Positions 49,854 to 63,339 of a DNA stretch of 64,000 nucleotides are shown here, in pieces (the stretch's first letter is position 1; each line of letters opens with the position of its first letter). The stretch comes from Glaucostegus cemiculus (lineage: Eukaryota), in assembly GCA_976551045.1 (NCBI GenBank), contig CDPCPM010000213.1:11408001-11472000 (forward strand), in the 5' to 3' direction. A program made the translations under genes and the position numbers. The notes under the pieces were generated by a model. The model saw nothing but the letters and a program-made list of their open reading frames with translations. It had not been told where the DNA came from and searched no databases.

Positions 49854-52800
49854 TATGGTTTCCCTTTTAATATTTCACATGACAAGCATTGGTCCTGAAA
49901 ATCTGCACCTCCCTTTATGTACTTATATGGAAGTGCCATTACATCTTAAGTGGAAGCGTAGTACCTTGCCAAAATCTTACCCATTAGATATTTTACAGCA
50001 GATTTTAAAACATGAGTGAATCTTACTACTCTGGGTCTCATGGTTTGTACTTTGGAATGAAAGTGAGTATGATGTTATCCTAAAAGTCTTGATTGTTGTA
50101 ATGCATTAAGTCACCAATTATGTGTTATGGAGTTAGAAATAAAGGACAATCAATAGTCTGACCATTTCAGAGCATTCTTCCTTTCCTGCTACTCTTTTTC
50201 AGTTGAGAATAAAATTATGTATTAAATATTATTATATACCATGTATAGCAGATGTACTGGTTTTATCTGTCCTGTGTATTTTGCTCTGAATGTATTAGCA
50301 AAATAGAAACATACATCATTATTCAAGTGGATTGTTCCCTTGAAATTAAAATTTACTTTAAATCAAATTTGATATGATACCATTTACTGCACAGGTGTGT
50401 TTCCCGTCATTTAATGCTGTTTCTCTAGTTTCCTTCTCATCCTTTGATATGATGCCTCTACCATTCCTGTCATTTTACTTGTAGAATTCAGGAATTCAAT
50501 CTAGAGCCCTGATACCATATTTGCCTTCCCAGTCTCCTTTCCTGCAACTGTAAGTCTCTCTCTACGCTGGCCGCCCATCCAACCAACCAAAAGCTCAGGC
50601 TGGTCAATTAGGTTAACGTACAATTCTTATTAGCATTCTTACCAGCATTGCTTAACATTTAATAGGTCATGATTTCTTTCACATTGATGCAGTGTTGCTA
50701 TTTGCATTCCAAGTAGTTTGGTTTGATATAATTATGCAAGTTTTAGAGTTCAGAACTATTATATGCATTAAGGAAACAACTACTCTTTTTCCTTTCCTCT
50801 CATTCCTGGATATTGGGATTAACACTTGGTTGACTCACCATTCTTTTCACACTTGATAGTCCCACTTTTTCTGTTGCCATATTGTGGCCAACATATTAGT
50901 AAGTTCCTGAATGTATCTGAACACTACTCCAGTTCTGGCTCCAATTTCCTTGTTCGTCGCTCATGAATTTCTGGTAAGGCAAATAGTACTTTATTCAACA
51001 CAGTTGATATCAGTTGATGGTGAAGTGTATGCCCAGTGAATTTGTGTGACCAGTGCATGACGGGTATACTCCAGTGTATGGAAATATACAGGAAACGTGA
51101 TCGTGCTTTGGGTAAAATTCAGCTAAAATCAAATGTTGCACCACACAGTAGAAATTTCTAGTGCACTATTAATTAATTACCAAGGTGAAATAAAGCATGC
51201 TGATTTTTAAAAAATTAAATCTTGTAGGTAGAAATTTGATGTTGGTTGTTAATCCTAAACGTGTGAATTTCAACTGTCGGTTATTTTCACCTCCACACAC
51301 GCAATTCTATTCACATCAATAGAACCAAATGTGCAGAAAATGCAACAGCAGCAGTGCCTGTATGTATGTTTAACAGTGGTGAAAAATGTCTCCCCTCTTC
51401 AAGGCCATGCCTATACTTGTCTGTGCTTATACTCTGTTTTCAACATGCACTAATCAGTAACAACTTGGCTGTAAGTTGTTTTTCTCGTTTTTGATTAATT
51501 TAGGCTATGATCAACATATTTTCTGTGTATTCCAAATTGGGTAGGGAAATAATCATTTTAACCTTCAACACGTGAGCTGTAGTTGGTTTATTTAACAAAT
51601 ATATGGCATAATACCTTTCACCATATTACTGTGAGACTGAAAGTATAAAGTTAATAACAATTGTATTAAATACAAAGCTAAGTTGCATCTAAATGTTGAC
51701 CTTTTTAATTGTGATCGGTTTAATTTCTTAATTTTTTTCACTGGATTAAGAGCAAACATAAGTGATCATTGTAAACAGGTGTCCTAATACTTAGTATCAT
51801 ATTTACAAATGTGGCTATTCAAAAAAAGACAAATCTCCCCATGGATTCTTTGTGTGATAAGCTGCTGTCAACATTTCTTGTTGATGTTCTCCCATTGTTT
51901 CATTTCTCCACATTTGCTAATCTATTCCAACAAACAGTCTGGTTTTCAAGGGTTTCTCTTACATGACTTGCTGGTGATGTTGCTTTTAATGTAGGTTATG
52001 TTCTATTTTAAGCTTTCCTCGTGGGAAGTAGGGAGGTCTGCATAAGCTAAGGCTAATGGCTGGTAGCTGCTGCAGCTAAATGCCAGAAGGAAGAAAGTCT
52101 TAAACAAAATTAATTAGAGCAAAAATTGATTACGGTCAGTGCTGATTCAGTCATCCCAACAGTAATGGTACCTTGATACAATTACCTGTAAACTTGATTC
52201 ATGTCATTAATATTTAATAAACAACCTAGAAGAAATTGCCCTAAAAACATTTATCACATTTATCTTCCAATGAAATAAGCTAAAACATAAGCAGGAGTGC
52301 TTGGAGCTTAAAAAGATCCTTAAACAAAATGATTCCATTTCCTTCAAGCTCCAGTTTCTTCAAAAGAAAAAAATATAGTATCACCAACAATTGCATGACC
52401 GAAAGATATAATAAGTCTAAAATTCCATAACTAATCAACACACAGTACTTGTAAATGGTTTTTAAAATGCTCCCCCATGTGCACTTTTGGGATACAACTT
52501 GTGATTTTTTTTTCTCTTACCCCAAACGTCTGCACAAATTGCTGTCCTGATGATTGATCAACATTTTAATTCCCATTTTCTATGGATGCTGTTCTTTCAA
52601 TGATTTTATATCTGTGATCTTACTCACAAAGTAGCAGACCATACTTACTCTTTCTTAGGTTATTCTTTGTTCATGTTCCTATTGTTGACATGAGCAACTG
52701 AAACAGGAATGAAATTTAAATATATTACAATTTCATCACACACATTCCATTATGAAAACCTACTTTATGGAGTGGTAATAAGTGAAAAGTTTTATGCTGT

Positions 52801-53169
52801 GATGTTGGAACTTTTAAAGACTGGGTCTAAAATGTCTGAATACAACAAAACCTTTATTTAACGATTAAATATGGAAGGTTTTGAATGCACATATCCTGCC
52901 TAAGTTGTTCTGTTATACTATATTGCCTTCAAATCTTAGGATGGTGATGCATAATGTAATAACACCAACCCAAAAAACATGCCTCCTAACTAGGACATTA
53001 CTTTCTCTTTCTTTTTTAGTTATGGTTGAAGTTAAAGAAGCGTGCATTTTTTTTCTAGGTCAACCTTTTATGTTTAGTTTACACTTACTACAGTGTGGTA
53101 AATTATTTTATTCAGCTTACAATTATGGTGAAAAATATTACTGAAGAAAGCTTCATTTATAAAATTGTC

Positions 53170-53435
53170 TATCCAGGATGTTACCTGGATTAGAGAGTAT
53201 TAGCTACAAGGAGAGGTTGGACAAATTTGGGTTGTTTTCTCTGGAGTGTTGGAGGCTGAGTAGCAACCTGATAGAAGTGTATAAAATTATGAGAGGCATA
53301 GATAGGGTAGATGGTCAGAGTCTTTATTCCAGGATGGAAATGTCAAATACCAGAGGATGTAGCTTGTAGGTAAGAGGGGAAAGTTTAAAGGAGATGTATA
53401 AAGCACGTTTTTAAAATAGAGTGGTAGGTGCCCTT
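53170..53435 (+). mobile_element. CR1 ORF2 C-terminal fragment
   Basis: ORF 53178..53369 MLPGLESISYKERLDKFGLFSLECWRL..NLIEVYKIMRGIDRVD is a typical CR1 ORF2 end. Confidence 0.85.
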
Positions 53436-53479
53436 TGAAACATTCAGTGTGATATAGCACATGATATTTTAGGCGTCGT

Positions 53480-53845
53480 CTCATCAAGTCCTTGTAAAAT
53501 TGTATGAGGATATCCTTGCTCTAGTACTCGGACCCTCTCGTAATGCAGGCCAATGCACCACTTACTATACCATGTTTGCTTTCAGTGACTGATATATGTT
53601 CACCCAGGTCCCTATGCCTGTCAACATTTCCTAGTCCATCATCTTTTAAATAATACTCTGCCTTTCTGTTTTTCCTACCCAGGTGATAACCTACCATTTA
53701 TCAACCTATACTGTATCTGCCATATATTTGTACTCATTCTCAACTTATCTAAATCACCTTGAATGGTCTGTATCCTCTTCACACCTCAGTTTCAGAACAT
53801 TGACAAACCTAGAAATGTTACATTTGGTTCCTTCATCCAAATCAG
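53480..53845 (-). mobile_element. Decayed CR1 RT fragment, reverse strand
   Basis: cccaggtccctatgc...atatttgtactcattctcaacttatctaaatcaccttgaa...gttccttcatccaaatc. Confidence 0.55.
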
Positions 53846-54501
53846 AATGAGGGATGAAAATTAGTACTCTGTGGTAATAGTTAAGTTGACTTTCTCATGC
53901 TTTCAAACTTCCATCTTAAGTTCTACCACTGCTGAGGTTCTGCATACCAATGTTGTCCCTTAAATGTCAATAGTGTCTACAGATGTGTTCATTCTGAGGT
54001 TTTCATTTCATCCATTTCAGTACCAACTATTTTTTCAATGAAGTGATGCAATAATTAAATTCGTATTCTCACCTTCAGCATGGCTTCTGTAGCTCACATT
54101 AAGTATCCTTTATAGGGTCTTCCGTTCTGTGTGTTTTCTGTTTTCAAATCTGCACTGTATGTCTGGACCATTGCTGGAATCGGTGACTGCTGTTTAACTT
54201 GCACTGAGTAACAGTGATAGTACAGTGCTACTGTACATTTCATCAATTTGGAGAAATTGTTCTGAGAGTGAATCTGTAGGACCACTGATCTTCAGTATAA
54301 GATGAATCTTCAAACCCTAACTTCATCTCCAAAGGGAAACTCTTGCATGCAAATTGATTCTCTATCTACAGTGCTGTTTATTTTTGGAAAGGATACTTGT
54401 AATTTCATTGTGCAGAGATGGTATCTATTTTTTTTTAAAAAAGTGAAATTCTCTGGACTATTCTTCAACAGCATTATTTTCATCTTAGGGAAGTTAGTTG
54501 A

Positions 54502-54738
<237 letters not shown>

Positions 54739-55888
54739 TAATGTGAATATTTGCATCTCAGTGGGGTCTGTCATGCAAGAAATTTGATTCGGAGGTCACG
54801 TGCTTGTACAGAACTAGTTTTGCTTAAAAAATTGCTGTTTAGGTTGCCTATTCTCTTATATCCCTCAGAAGAAACTACAGGCAGAGGAATGTAGTGATCT
54901 GCCCTTGCACTGGCCTCTGATAAGTTTCATCAGCTTTCCGAAATGGTGGGAAAAATATCTTTCTGTTGTGTGTTATTCGATACAATGGCACCTCTAGAAA
55001 GAAACTGGAAAAAGTACATGATCTGAGGTTCTTACAACTGCCTGCATCTTCTCTCATCAATTTTTTGCATGACTGGGATTCTGCAATTTATAATTCTAAA
55101 AAATTCCTAGTTGGAAAAAATGTGTGATAAAGAGAACAGATTTAAGTGACAGCTATCTTTTAGTTTTTTTGAAAAAAAAGATTTATTTTAAATCCATGTG
55201 GCTTTGAATTTATTGAGTTTTTCTTTGTCATTCTGATTCAAATTGAGAAATACAATGCTATGTCAAGGAAGTGCCTTTTGAGTGTTATTTTTTTCCTTTG
55301 TTTTGAAACATACAGGATGCTCTCTTCAGTGCTCTTCAAGTCTTGTGCTTCTGCCAAGATGTTTTGATCCATTATGACAGATCTTCGTCTGGTGTTGTAG
55401 CTTCTTTTTAAACTGTTTGACCTTCTGCATAATGCTTGGATTTCTTTTTTTTTTATTGATCTTAATTGTCAAGGATTGCTGTCCCTGCTTTTCTTTAGGT
55501 GGCAATGCCTCACAAACATGCCTCAAGTGAACTGTCGCTACTCATTATGTAAACAGAAAATGGAAGTACATAACAGATCCATCAATAACTGAAAAGGTGG
55601 TTTCAGGTGTGGACTCCTTTATTAGAACAGTCCTAATGGTGGATCTGTACCTGAAACATTAGCCCCTGTTCTCCATGCTGATGGACCTATTATGTATTCT
55701 CTGCATTTTCTGTTTTTACTTTTGCAATTTTTCCTTTTTTACCTCTTGCTAATTGGCTTCTTTCTAGCTTTAGCACTTGATGCCTGTGATTTTTAACTGT
55801 CAAAAATGAATTGCCCGTTTTCTTGTTGAAACTAAATACCAATCTGTCACCTGCAGAATGAGTTGACTTATGTTTTGTTTTGGTACAG

Positions 55889-58800
55889 TGCCCCAGGAAG
55901 TGGCCCAATGTTTAAAACTACAACTGTGGCTGTTGACGAAGATGGTAATGACAGAAAAGTTGTCAGTGCAAGTGATAATACTGGAGGAAAGACAAGTGGT
56001 CCCACATCGCCTTCTGTTAACAGGACCATATCTGACAACACACTGGAAGATAGCAGAGGAGAGACTGACAACACAAGCCATTGTGTTACTGGAAGCTCTG
56101 CAGGATTGGGTCAAAACAACCAGCCAGTGCAACCTTTTAACATCAGTCAGCTTAAGAGCAATTCTGCCATTCCCTTACAGAAGCTAGGAGTGTCATTTTC
56201 TTTTGCAAAAAAGGCACCAGTCAAGCTTGACGTTTCAGCTTCAGTGTTCAGTGATGTTGCAGAAGAGCCCAATGAATCTGAAGCAACAAACCCAGATGAA
56301 AAAATGTCTTCTGGTCAAGGGTCACCAAAATCAATGGAGGCTGAAACTGCATTAATCTCTGATAAGACTGAAGGGGCTAGTCAATCAGAAAGTGATAATG
56401 ACTCTATAAATAGTACACTATCAAAATTGAAAAAGATGATGAAGAAAGAAGATGATGTCTGTCAGTCAGAACCAGAGTATTATCATTACATTCCTCCTGC
56501 ACATTGTAAAGTGAAACCCAACTTTCCATTTCTGTTGTTTATGAAAGCAACAGAAGAGTCACATAAGTGTAGTAACAAGAAAAGCTTAGAGACCACGAAA
56601 AGTAACCCTGATTTACAAAATACTTTAAAGTTTCAGGAAAGCAAAGAAGGAGAACACACAGAAAATGAGATGCCAGCTTTGCAGCAGAGCAGCAACACTG
56701 CAGATGGTGCAAGAGACCCAGACCTCAAAGAAGCTAAGTCTCCTGAGACTGTGAGCAAGGAGAACTGTAACACCACAACATTAAAACCTAGTGCTTGTGA
56801 AGAAGGAAAGCAAAGCAGTTTAGCAAATGAAGAAGTCCTCAATGGGCCTAAACAACCAACAGGGCCATTTTTTCCGGTGTTGGGCAAAGATGAAAGTACT
56901 ACTCTTCAGTGGCCCTCAGAGTTATTAATGATTACGAAGAGTGAACCGCGCATCTCTTATAGTTGCAATCCACTCTACTTTGAATTCAAACTGACTAGGA
57001 ATAGGGATACCAAAGGAAAAAACAAAGAGAGACACCATGAGAATTCACATGAACAAAATGCACAGAATATGGATCAGGATTCACAGGAGAAGACTAACAT
57101 GAACACCAGTAAAGCTGCATCGAAGACTAGCTTAAACACAGTAGGAAGCGAGGTAGATGTGAAGCCTCAAGAACAGCCTATCCCGACGGTAAGCAAATGT
57201 GAAGCCCAAGTTGGTGAAAGTGACAAAAGCACCAATAAAAAAGACAAGGGCATGAAATCACATAAGCATAAAAAGAAAAAGAAGCACAAAAAATCAGGAA
57301 AACATTTGAAGGAGAAAACTACGGAGGAAAAGGAAAAGCAGAAGGATAGTGAAACGCGTGATGAGACGTCAAAAAAAAGGAAAAAGCGTAAACGCAAAAA
57401 TAAAAACTTAGATGAGAAAAGCAAAGACGCTGGCTTAGAGCTTTCTGTTCCGATGCCTGCAATTAAGGCTACAGAGGAAAGCAGCCTCACACCGAAGAAA
57501 AGGCACAGATCACAAGATTGCCAGTATTCAGCTGTGACTGTTGAAGATGGTAGTAGAAAGGAAGATGTCTCTGAGGAACCCATTAGTAAAAAACAGAAGA
57601 CAGGTTCTTGTAGTGAGTTAAGGAAACGAATATCTGGTCGGAAGGATAGCCGAAGCAGGCATAGGAGCAGAGACAGCAGCCGAGATGAAGAATCTGATAG
57701 CTATGATGAATCTCATAGAAAACGATCCAGACACAAGTCATCGTCCCATTACAGTGATGATTATGATTCAAGAAGTGACAGAAGCTACTCGAGAAGATCA
57801 AGAAGGCATCATTCATCATCCCAGCGGTCATCGCGTAGGTCATATTCTTCCGGATCTGATGTATCGTCAGACTGCAGTAGATACAGTCGTAGAAGAAGCT
57901 ATTCTGCCAGTTACAGTGACTACAGTGACAGATCAGATCACTCTAAGCGATCTCATGATTCAGATTATGACTATAGAAGGTCAAGGCACCATGGGAAAAA
58001 GCACAAATATTCTTCTTCAGATGATGACTATAGACGGAGCAGAAGCAGATCCAGAAGTAGCAGCAGGGAAAGTACTCGGACCGTCAGTAGAACACGCAGC
58101 CGAAGTCGAACTCGTAGCAGCAGTCATAGCAGGAGCCGAAGCAAACGACGCAGTCAAAGCACAACGCAACGGAGCTGGAAGCGGAGCCGAAGCTACAGCC
58201 GCAACCGCAGGGGCAGTACAAGGCACCGTACCTCCCGAAGATCGATTTCAAGGGACAAAGGATCACATAGCCATGATAGCTCTGGGGATAGACGGTCCAG
58301 TCGAAGAAACTCTAGTCGATCTTTTTCGCGAGATAGGGTATATCGATCAAAATCTCCATGTTACAGCCGAAGCAGAATGTCAGGCAAAAAAGATGACTAC
58401 TCGAAAAAGGAAGAAAACAAAGGAGATGGAACAAAATCAGGTAGTTCTTTCCACAGGAATCTCAGCGGCACCTCCACCAGTTCAGGAAAAGGGCACGTGG
58501 AAAGTGAGCAAACGCCAGAAGAGAGGAACTCCTTAACAGCTAAACAGTTGTTGGAAAAAATTCAGTCTAAGAAGTTTGAAAAGAAATCTGAAACAATTAA
58601 TGAAACTGCATCTACATCTAATAAAGTAGGAATTAAATTAAAAGATCCCCCACAGGGTTATTTTGGGCCTAAACTTCCCCCAGCTTTGGGCAATAAGGCA
58701 TTGCTTCCTTTAATAGGAAAACTACCGACAGTGAAAAAGCCTGCAACAAAGAAGTCTGAAGATCTTTGCTCAGAGAAGGGGGACAAAGACGATGAGCTGT

Positions 58801-59786
58801 ACCTTGCAGAGCCTAAAGATGTGACAAAGGAGGAAGGCGGTCAGCTATCTAATTGGATGATACAGGAAGAGATTCAAAGCAGAGAAGAAAAATCTGACGG
58901 TGAAGAAGCATCAGGTGGAAATGAGAAAATCCAAACCACTTCTTGTGAAAATCAGTTTGTTCATAAAGGTTTTGTGCTTGATACTCAAGCCATCTCAGAT
59001 ACCTATATTTCTGATGTAAGCACACCAACCGAAGTCATCACAAAGCCTTCAGAATTAGGAGCACCAGATGGTGATGAGGCTGTTATGATGCATTTTGCGC
59101 CAGATCCGGAGCCATTCTCCAATTATATTCCACAAGCTGAAGTACAAGAAATTGAAGAGGATTCCCAAGAGGGTGCAGATTCATCAGTGGCTCCACTTGA
59201 CAGACAGCCTATAACATTCACTCCTGAAGAAATGGAGAAATATAGCAAACTACAGCAGGCGGCTCAGCAGCACATCCAGCAGCAACTTCTAGCTAAACAA
59301 GTGAAGACTTTCCCTACCTCAACTGCCATTGCTCCTGCACCAACTCTCCAGCAATTTCACATTCAGCAGCCATCGGCAGCTGCGACAGCAACATCAATCA
59401 CTACTGTCCACCATGCAATATTACAGCATCAGGCAGCTGCGGCTGCTGCCATGGGTATACATCCACACGCCCATCCACAGACTCTTGCTCAGATCCATCA
59501 CATACCCCAGCCTCACCTAACCCCAATTTCTCTGTCCCATATTACGCCGTCTATTTACCCTACTCATCCTGCCACTTTTCTAACTAGCCACCCAATACAT
59601 ATTATACCTGCGTCAGCCCTCCACGCAGGACCTCTGGCCCTTCACCCGGTCCCACATGCACTCTATCCAGCTTTGTTTGCCCCACGACCTGCAGGAGCAG
59701 GTGCTTCTGCTCTTCACCTCCATCCTTTCCTCCATCCTATCTTTTCGAGTCAGGAGCTCCAGCATCCTCCCAGTCATGGCACTTGA
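55889..59786 (+). CDS. GPATCH8: GPATCH8 large terminal coding exon (3898 coding nt): APGSGPMFK..., Lys-rich basic segment, Arg/Ser-rich domain, C-terminal Gln/Ala/His/Pro-rich tail ending LQHPPSHGT*
   Basis: Lies in ORF 55863..59786; acceptor tgttttgttttggtacag ends at 55888 and the phase matches the previous exon. Recognisable motifs: EPEYYHYIPPAHCKVKPNFPFLLFMKA, FFPVLGKDESTTLQWPSELL, LKDPPQGYFGPKLPP, QPITFTPEEMEKYSKLQQAAQQHIQQQLL. Confidence 0.96.
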
Positions 59787-60620
59787 AGCAAGCTGCAGGG
59801 AATGAAAATAATGACATTTGTCTTCATTTCACTAAGATAAGTCGATTAACAGGTAGTCTGGTGCGAAAATACTACATTGATGCATTTCAGACTGATTTTT
59901 TTTTCCAACAGCCAAAGAGTTCAGGCTCAGGCCCAAGAATATGTTGCATTTTCTGTGCTTGCAATATCAGGGATTTCCATTTACTTTATAGAAACAAGTA
60001 TTAGAACGGATAATGTGGATGTCCCAAAACTCATAAGTGCTTTACTTAAAAAAGCAATGTTAAATAACTTAATTATTAATGACAGAATGCACCGATATTA
60101 TATTCGTGGTTTGGCCTCTTTATCCCATTGCTAGCTCCCACCATAACACAAAGAGAAATACCAATTCGTGTCAATCTGCCTAATTCTATAGAATCCTTGT
60201 AATGTGTACAATGATATGATGGTGGAAGAAACTGTTGCTTGATGCAAGGGTTCTAATACAGGATGTTGCAACTGAGGATCCCATAACTTCTCATCAGTGG
60301 CTGCAAAACGTAGCCATAACGACTACACATTGTTTGTGTACTAATGTTCATAAATCGAATGGCACCTGTGGAGGTCCTACCTCAATGTGGCATGCCAAAG
60401 AAATTTGGGCAAATAAAGCTGAGGAGTCCGAATGCGATAGCCCTAACAGCTCAGCACTGCTGCAACAAAAGTTTGAATTCTGAATGAGAGAATGCAGACT
60501 TTGGGGCCCTGATGTATTGAAACAAAATTGCAGAGAAGCCTTGTTGTAACTTCTCAAATTTCAAACATGTTTTAGTTAAACTAGCTTTGGTGTAGCAATG
60601 GAATTTGGAGAGATGTCTAA

Positions 60621-60666
60621 AATCTTTGCGATAAAATGTCTATAATCTTTGCGATAAAATGTCTAT
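60621..60666 (+). repeat. Perfect 23-nt tandem duplication (aatctttgcgataaaatgtctat x2)
   Basis: Directly visible, with units at 60621-60643 and 60644-60666. Confidence 0.95.
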
Positions 60667-61237
60667 TCCCACTGCTGTTGTAAAGTACAACAGTCTTTGT
60701 ATAAGTTATAGGTTATAATTTAAAAACTTGTGGAAAGAATTGCACTGAACTCTGTACAGGTGATGCTGCTTTTGTAGGTCCATCCAAAACAATGATATAC
60801 ATGCAGAGTGCTGCAATAATATTTTTAAAGGATGAATTCATTTGGTTTTGTGGTACTGTTCTAACATAGTGCTTTGTGTAAATATGTTTGTAGGTTAAGC
60901 AATCCCTTGTATAGGTAGGCATCATAAGTTTCTGTTTATGGCAGAAATTAAGCATGTATATTTTACCAAAACCCATGTATTTTTTGAAGTTTTTATGTAC
61001 TGTAAATGTAAAATTTGAAGTTTGTTTTATTTTGTTTTTGCATACACAAAGTATTCAATGTAAAAGCAACTCTGCAAAACAAATGGTGCTTGGGAGAGTT
61101 TGGTGAATCGTTAAGCTAATGCATACAGACACAGAGAACTGACAGCTGTGTAAATTATAATTGATTAAATTAACCAAATCACCATGTTCATCATAACAAA
61201 ATTAACTTTAAATAACTTATGCCATGAAAACATTGGT

Positions 61238-61243
61238 AATAAA
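61238..61243 (+). terminator. Candidate polyadenylation signal AATAAA
   Basis: Canonical hexamer downstream of a UGUA/U-rich distal UTR region. Alternative hexamers exist nearby. Confidence 0.4.
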
Positions 61244-63339
61244 TCACCTCTCATTGTAAAATGTATTCCCAGCCCAATTCAGACAGTTATATGATTATCA
61301 CCCCTGCTTATTCTTTTAAGGTTGAACATACTTTACTAACTGCTTTGTCCTTAGTAGCCAGGTTTCACTTCATGATTCACCAAGGATTAGAAGCTTTTCT
61401 GCCAGGGATGCTTTTCCTACAGCTTCAACATAAATAATGTCATGTGTGTTTGGATGCCTGAAAAGGATTCATCTCTTGAGGGTTAGTTATACTGATAACT
61501 ATGTATAGAAACTCTGTTTACACAATGAAATCAAACCCAATTTTTCATCAATATGATCCATTTTAATTTACTTACCATTTTATGGTAAGTATCTGGAGGG
61601 TTAATTCTGCTTGAATTTCAGATTGTTAAACCTTTGACACAATAATATAAGCTGTATATGCTGCCTTCCTTTCAAAATGCTGAACAAAATAAATTGGATT
61701 TGATATATTTCAAGTTTGAAATTCCAGTTTGTCAATATATGGATGAAAAATTAATTGCATTTGGATGAGATTGGCAGTTGTAGGGTGACTTCAGCCTTTT
61801 GAATTTTCATCCAGTAAAACAACTTTGTCTTTAGAATTTTCAAAGCTGATTACAAAGAAATGATATTTGTCTAAATAATTGTATTAAATATAGTAATAAA
61901 AATGCAGTATTAAAGACCTGGTATGTACAAGAGTACTAGGGAATTTGCATAGCAAGATCTATACATGGACTTGCTTGGAATCATTGCCAGTCTGAGAACA
62001 TTATGGAGTTTGCAAGCCATTATAGGTAAAAGCACTAAGATTCAAGTCTTTTGGGGGGAGAAAGTCAACATTTTTTTAAAGTGGTAATGCCCTTTTCCCT
62101 TTGTAAAATCTGCTTCCAATCATCCATTTTATAAAACAGTTTATTTGGATATATCTTTTTCTCATTGTAGGCATCAACCTTGTTTTTCTCTAAGATTGTT
62201 TGCAATTACTATTTCAATTTCTGAGCACAGATGACAAAAGTCAAGTAATGCTGTTGAGCTGACTATTAATCATGATATTTACATGTGTTTAATAAGGACT
62301 ACGTTTCTTTTGATGACATTTTCCCATGTTGTCAGTTCTGTTTGATCTTGAGCTTTCTGATTCCATTTGGTATCCTAAACAGCCCGACACCTTACAAAGC
62401 AGCAGCATCCATCTGTTTTAAAATCTGTTATATAACAAAACTAGAAAGAAATGTAACTAGCTTATTGCATATTTTATTTAACTTTCTGTCACAAAAACAT
62501 GCAGAATATTACTGTACAATAGGAGAAAACCTTTATAACAATAAAGTATGGATAATTTGTGAACTCTCCTGTTATTTATTGCCATTATTGAACATGGTGC
62601 TGTTGTCTGTACTGGATATAAATGTATGTGTGCGAATTGATGGCCATGAAGATCTGTCCCAGTTATGAGTGGTGACCCAAGGACTCTTTCCAGTGATTGA
62701 TTGGACCGGTAGAAATGTTTGAGTGCAAATTCCTTTGCATAGAATGGCAATTTTGCTTGAGTTAGTTCAAATCAAGATTTCATTGATATGCTGCTCTAAA
62801 GCTGTCAATTTATAATTCCTCCCTTAGTTTTCTAGATAACCATATTCATTACAGATGGATATCTGTTGTCCTTGTTTTTATTTAGTTGCCATTGGATCTC
62901 ATAACATTTCTCATGGACTTTCAAGGCAAATGAGTATAAGGCATGATTTGGGAATTTGTCTTGTATAGTAGAAGAGTGTAACTGTCATGATTATTGAATA
63001 ACAGGGTTAACCAAATCACCACGTTCTAATGATAGATAAAGCCCAACCCCAGCCATGATTAAAACAGAAGGAGTGCATGATAAAAGTAGCATCTTCAATA
63101 TATTTAATATACATTGAATTGTTCACTGATCTGATCCATGCCACTATAGGAAGTGTGCAGAATGAGGTATCAGTGTATGCTGATAGTGTGTCTAGCTACC
63201 AAGATTTGAAATTTAAGTATATAGCTAGATCACTATCAAATGAGTACAGTGTAGGAAGTTTGTTCCCTTTTATTATTTTCATGACATAACATTGTATATA
63301 AGATGTGAATGATGCAGCCATGCTTCCTCCTGATGTGGC

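Larger units (their letters stand above)
59787..61265 (+). other. GPATCH8: Probable GPATCH8 3' UTR (end approximate)
   Basis: No recognisable repeats after the TGA; AU/UGUA-rich, with candidate poly(A) signals at 60412 (AATAAA), 61164 (ATTAAA) and 61238 (AATAAA). The true 3' end cannot be determined from sequence. Confidence 0.6.

Noticed and set aside
55863-55888. N-terminal MTYVLFWYS of the 1307-aa ORF as a real protein start
   Set aside because: It begins at a TTG in intronic sequence and is the pyrimidine tract and acceptor. The coding exon begins at 55889 in phase with the upstream exon.
55690-58266. Several antisense ORFs over the terminal exon
   Set aside because: Shadow frames of a low-complexity coding sequence, with no independent gene signals.
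57685-58536. 283-aa ORF in the +1 frame overlapping the RS domain
   Set aside because: No recognisable domain. It is plausibly a by-product of Arg/Ser codon usage leaving the shifted frame stop-free; ribosome profiling would be needed to rescue it.
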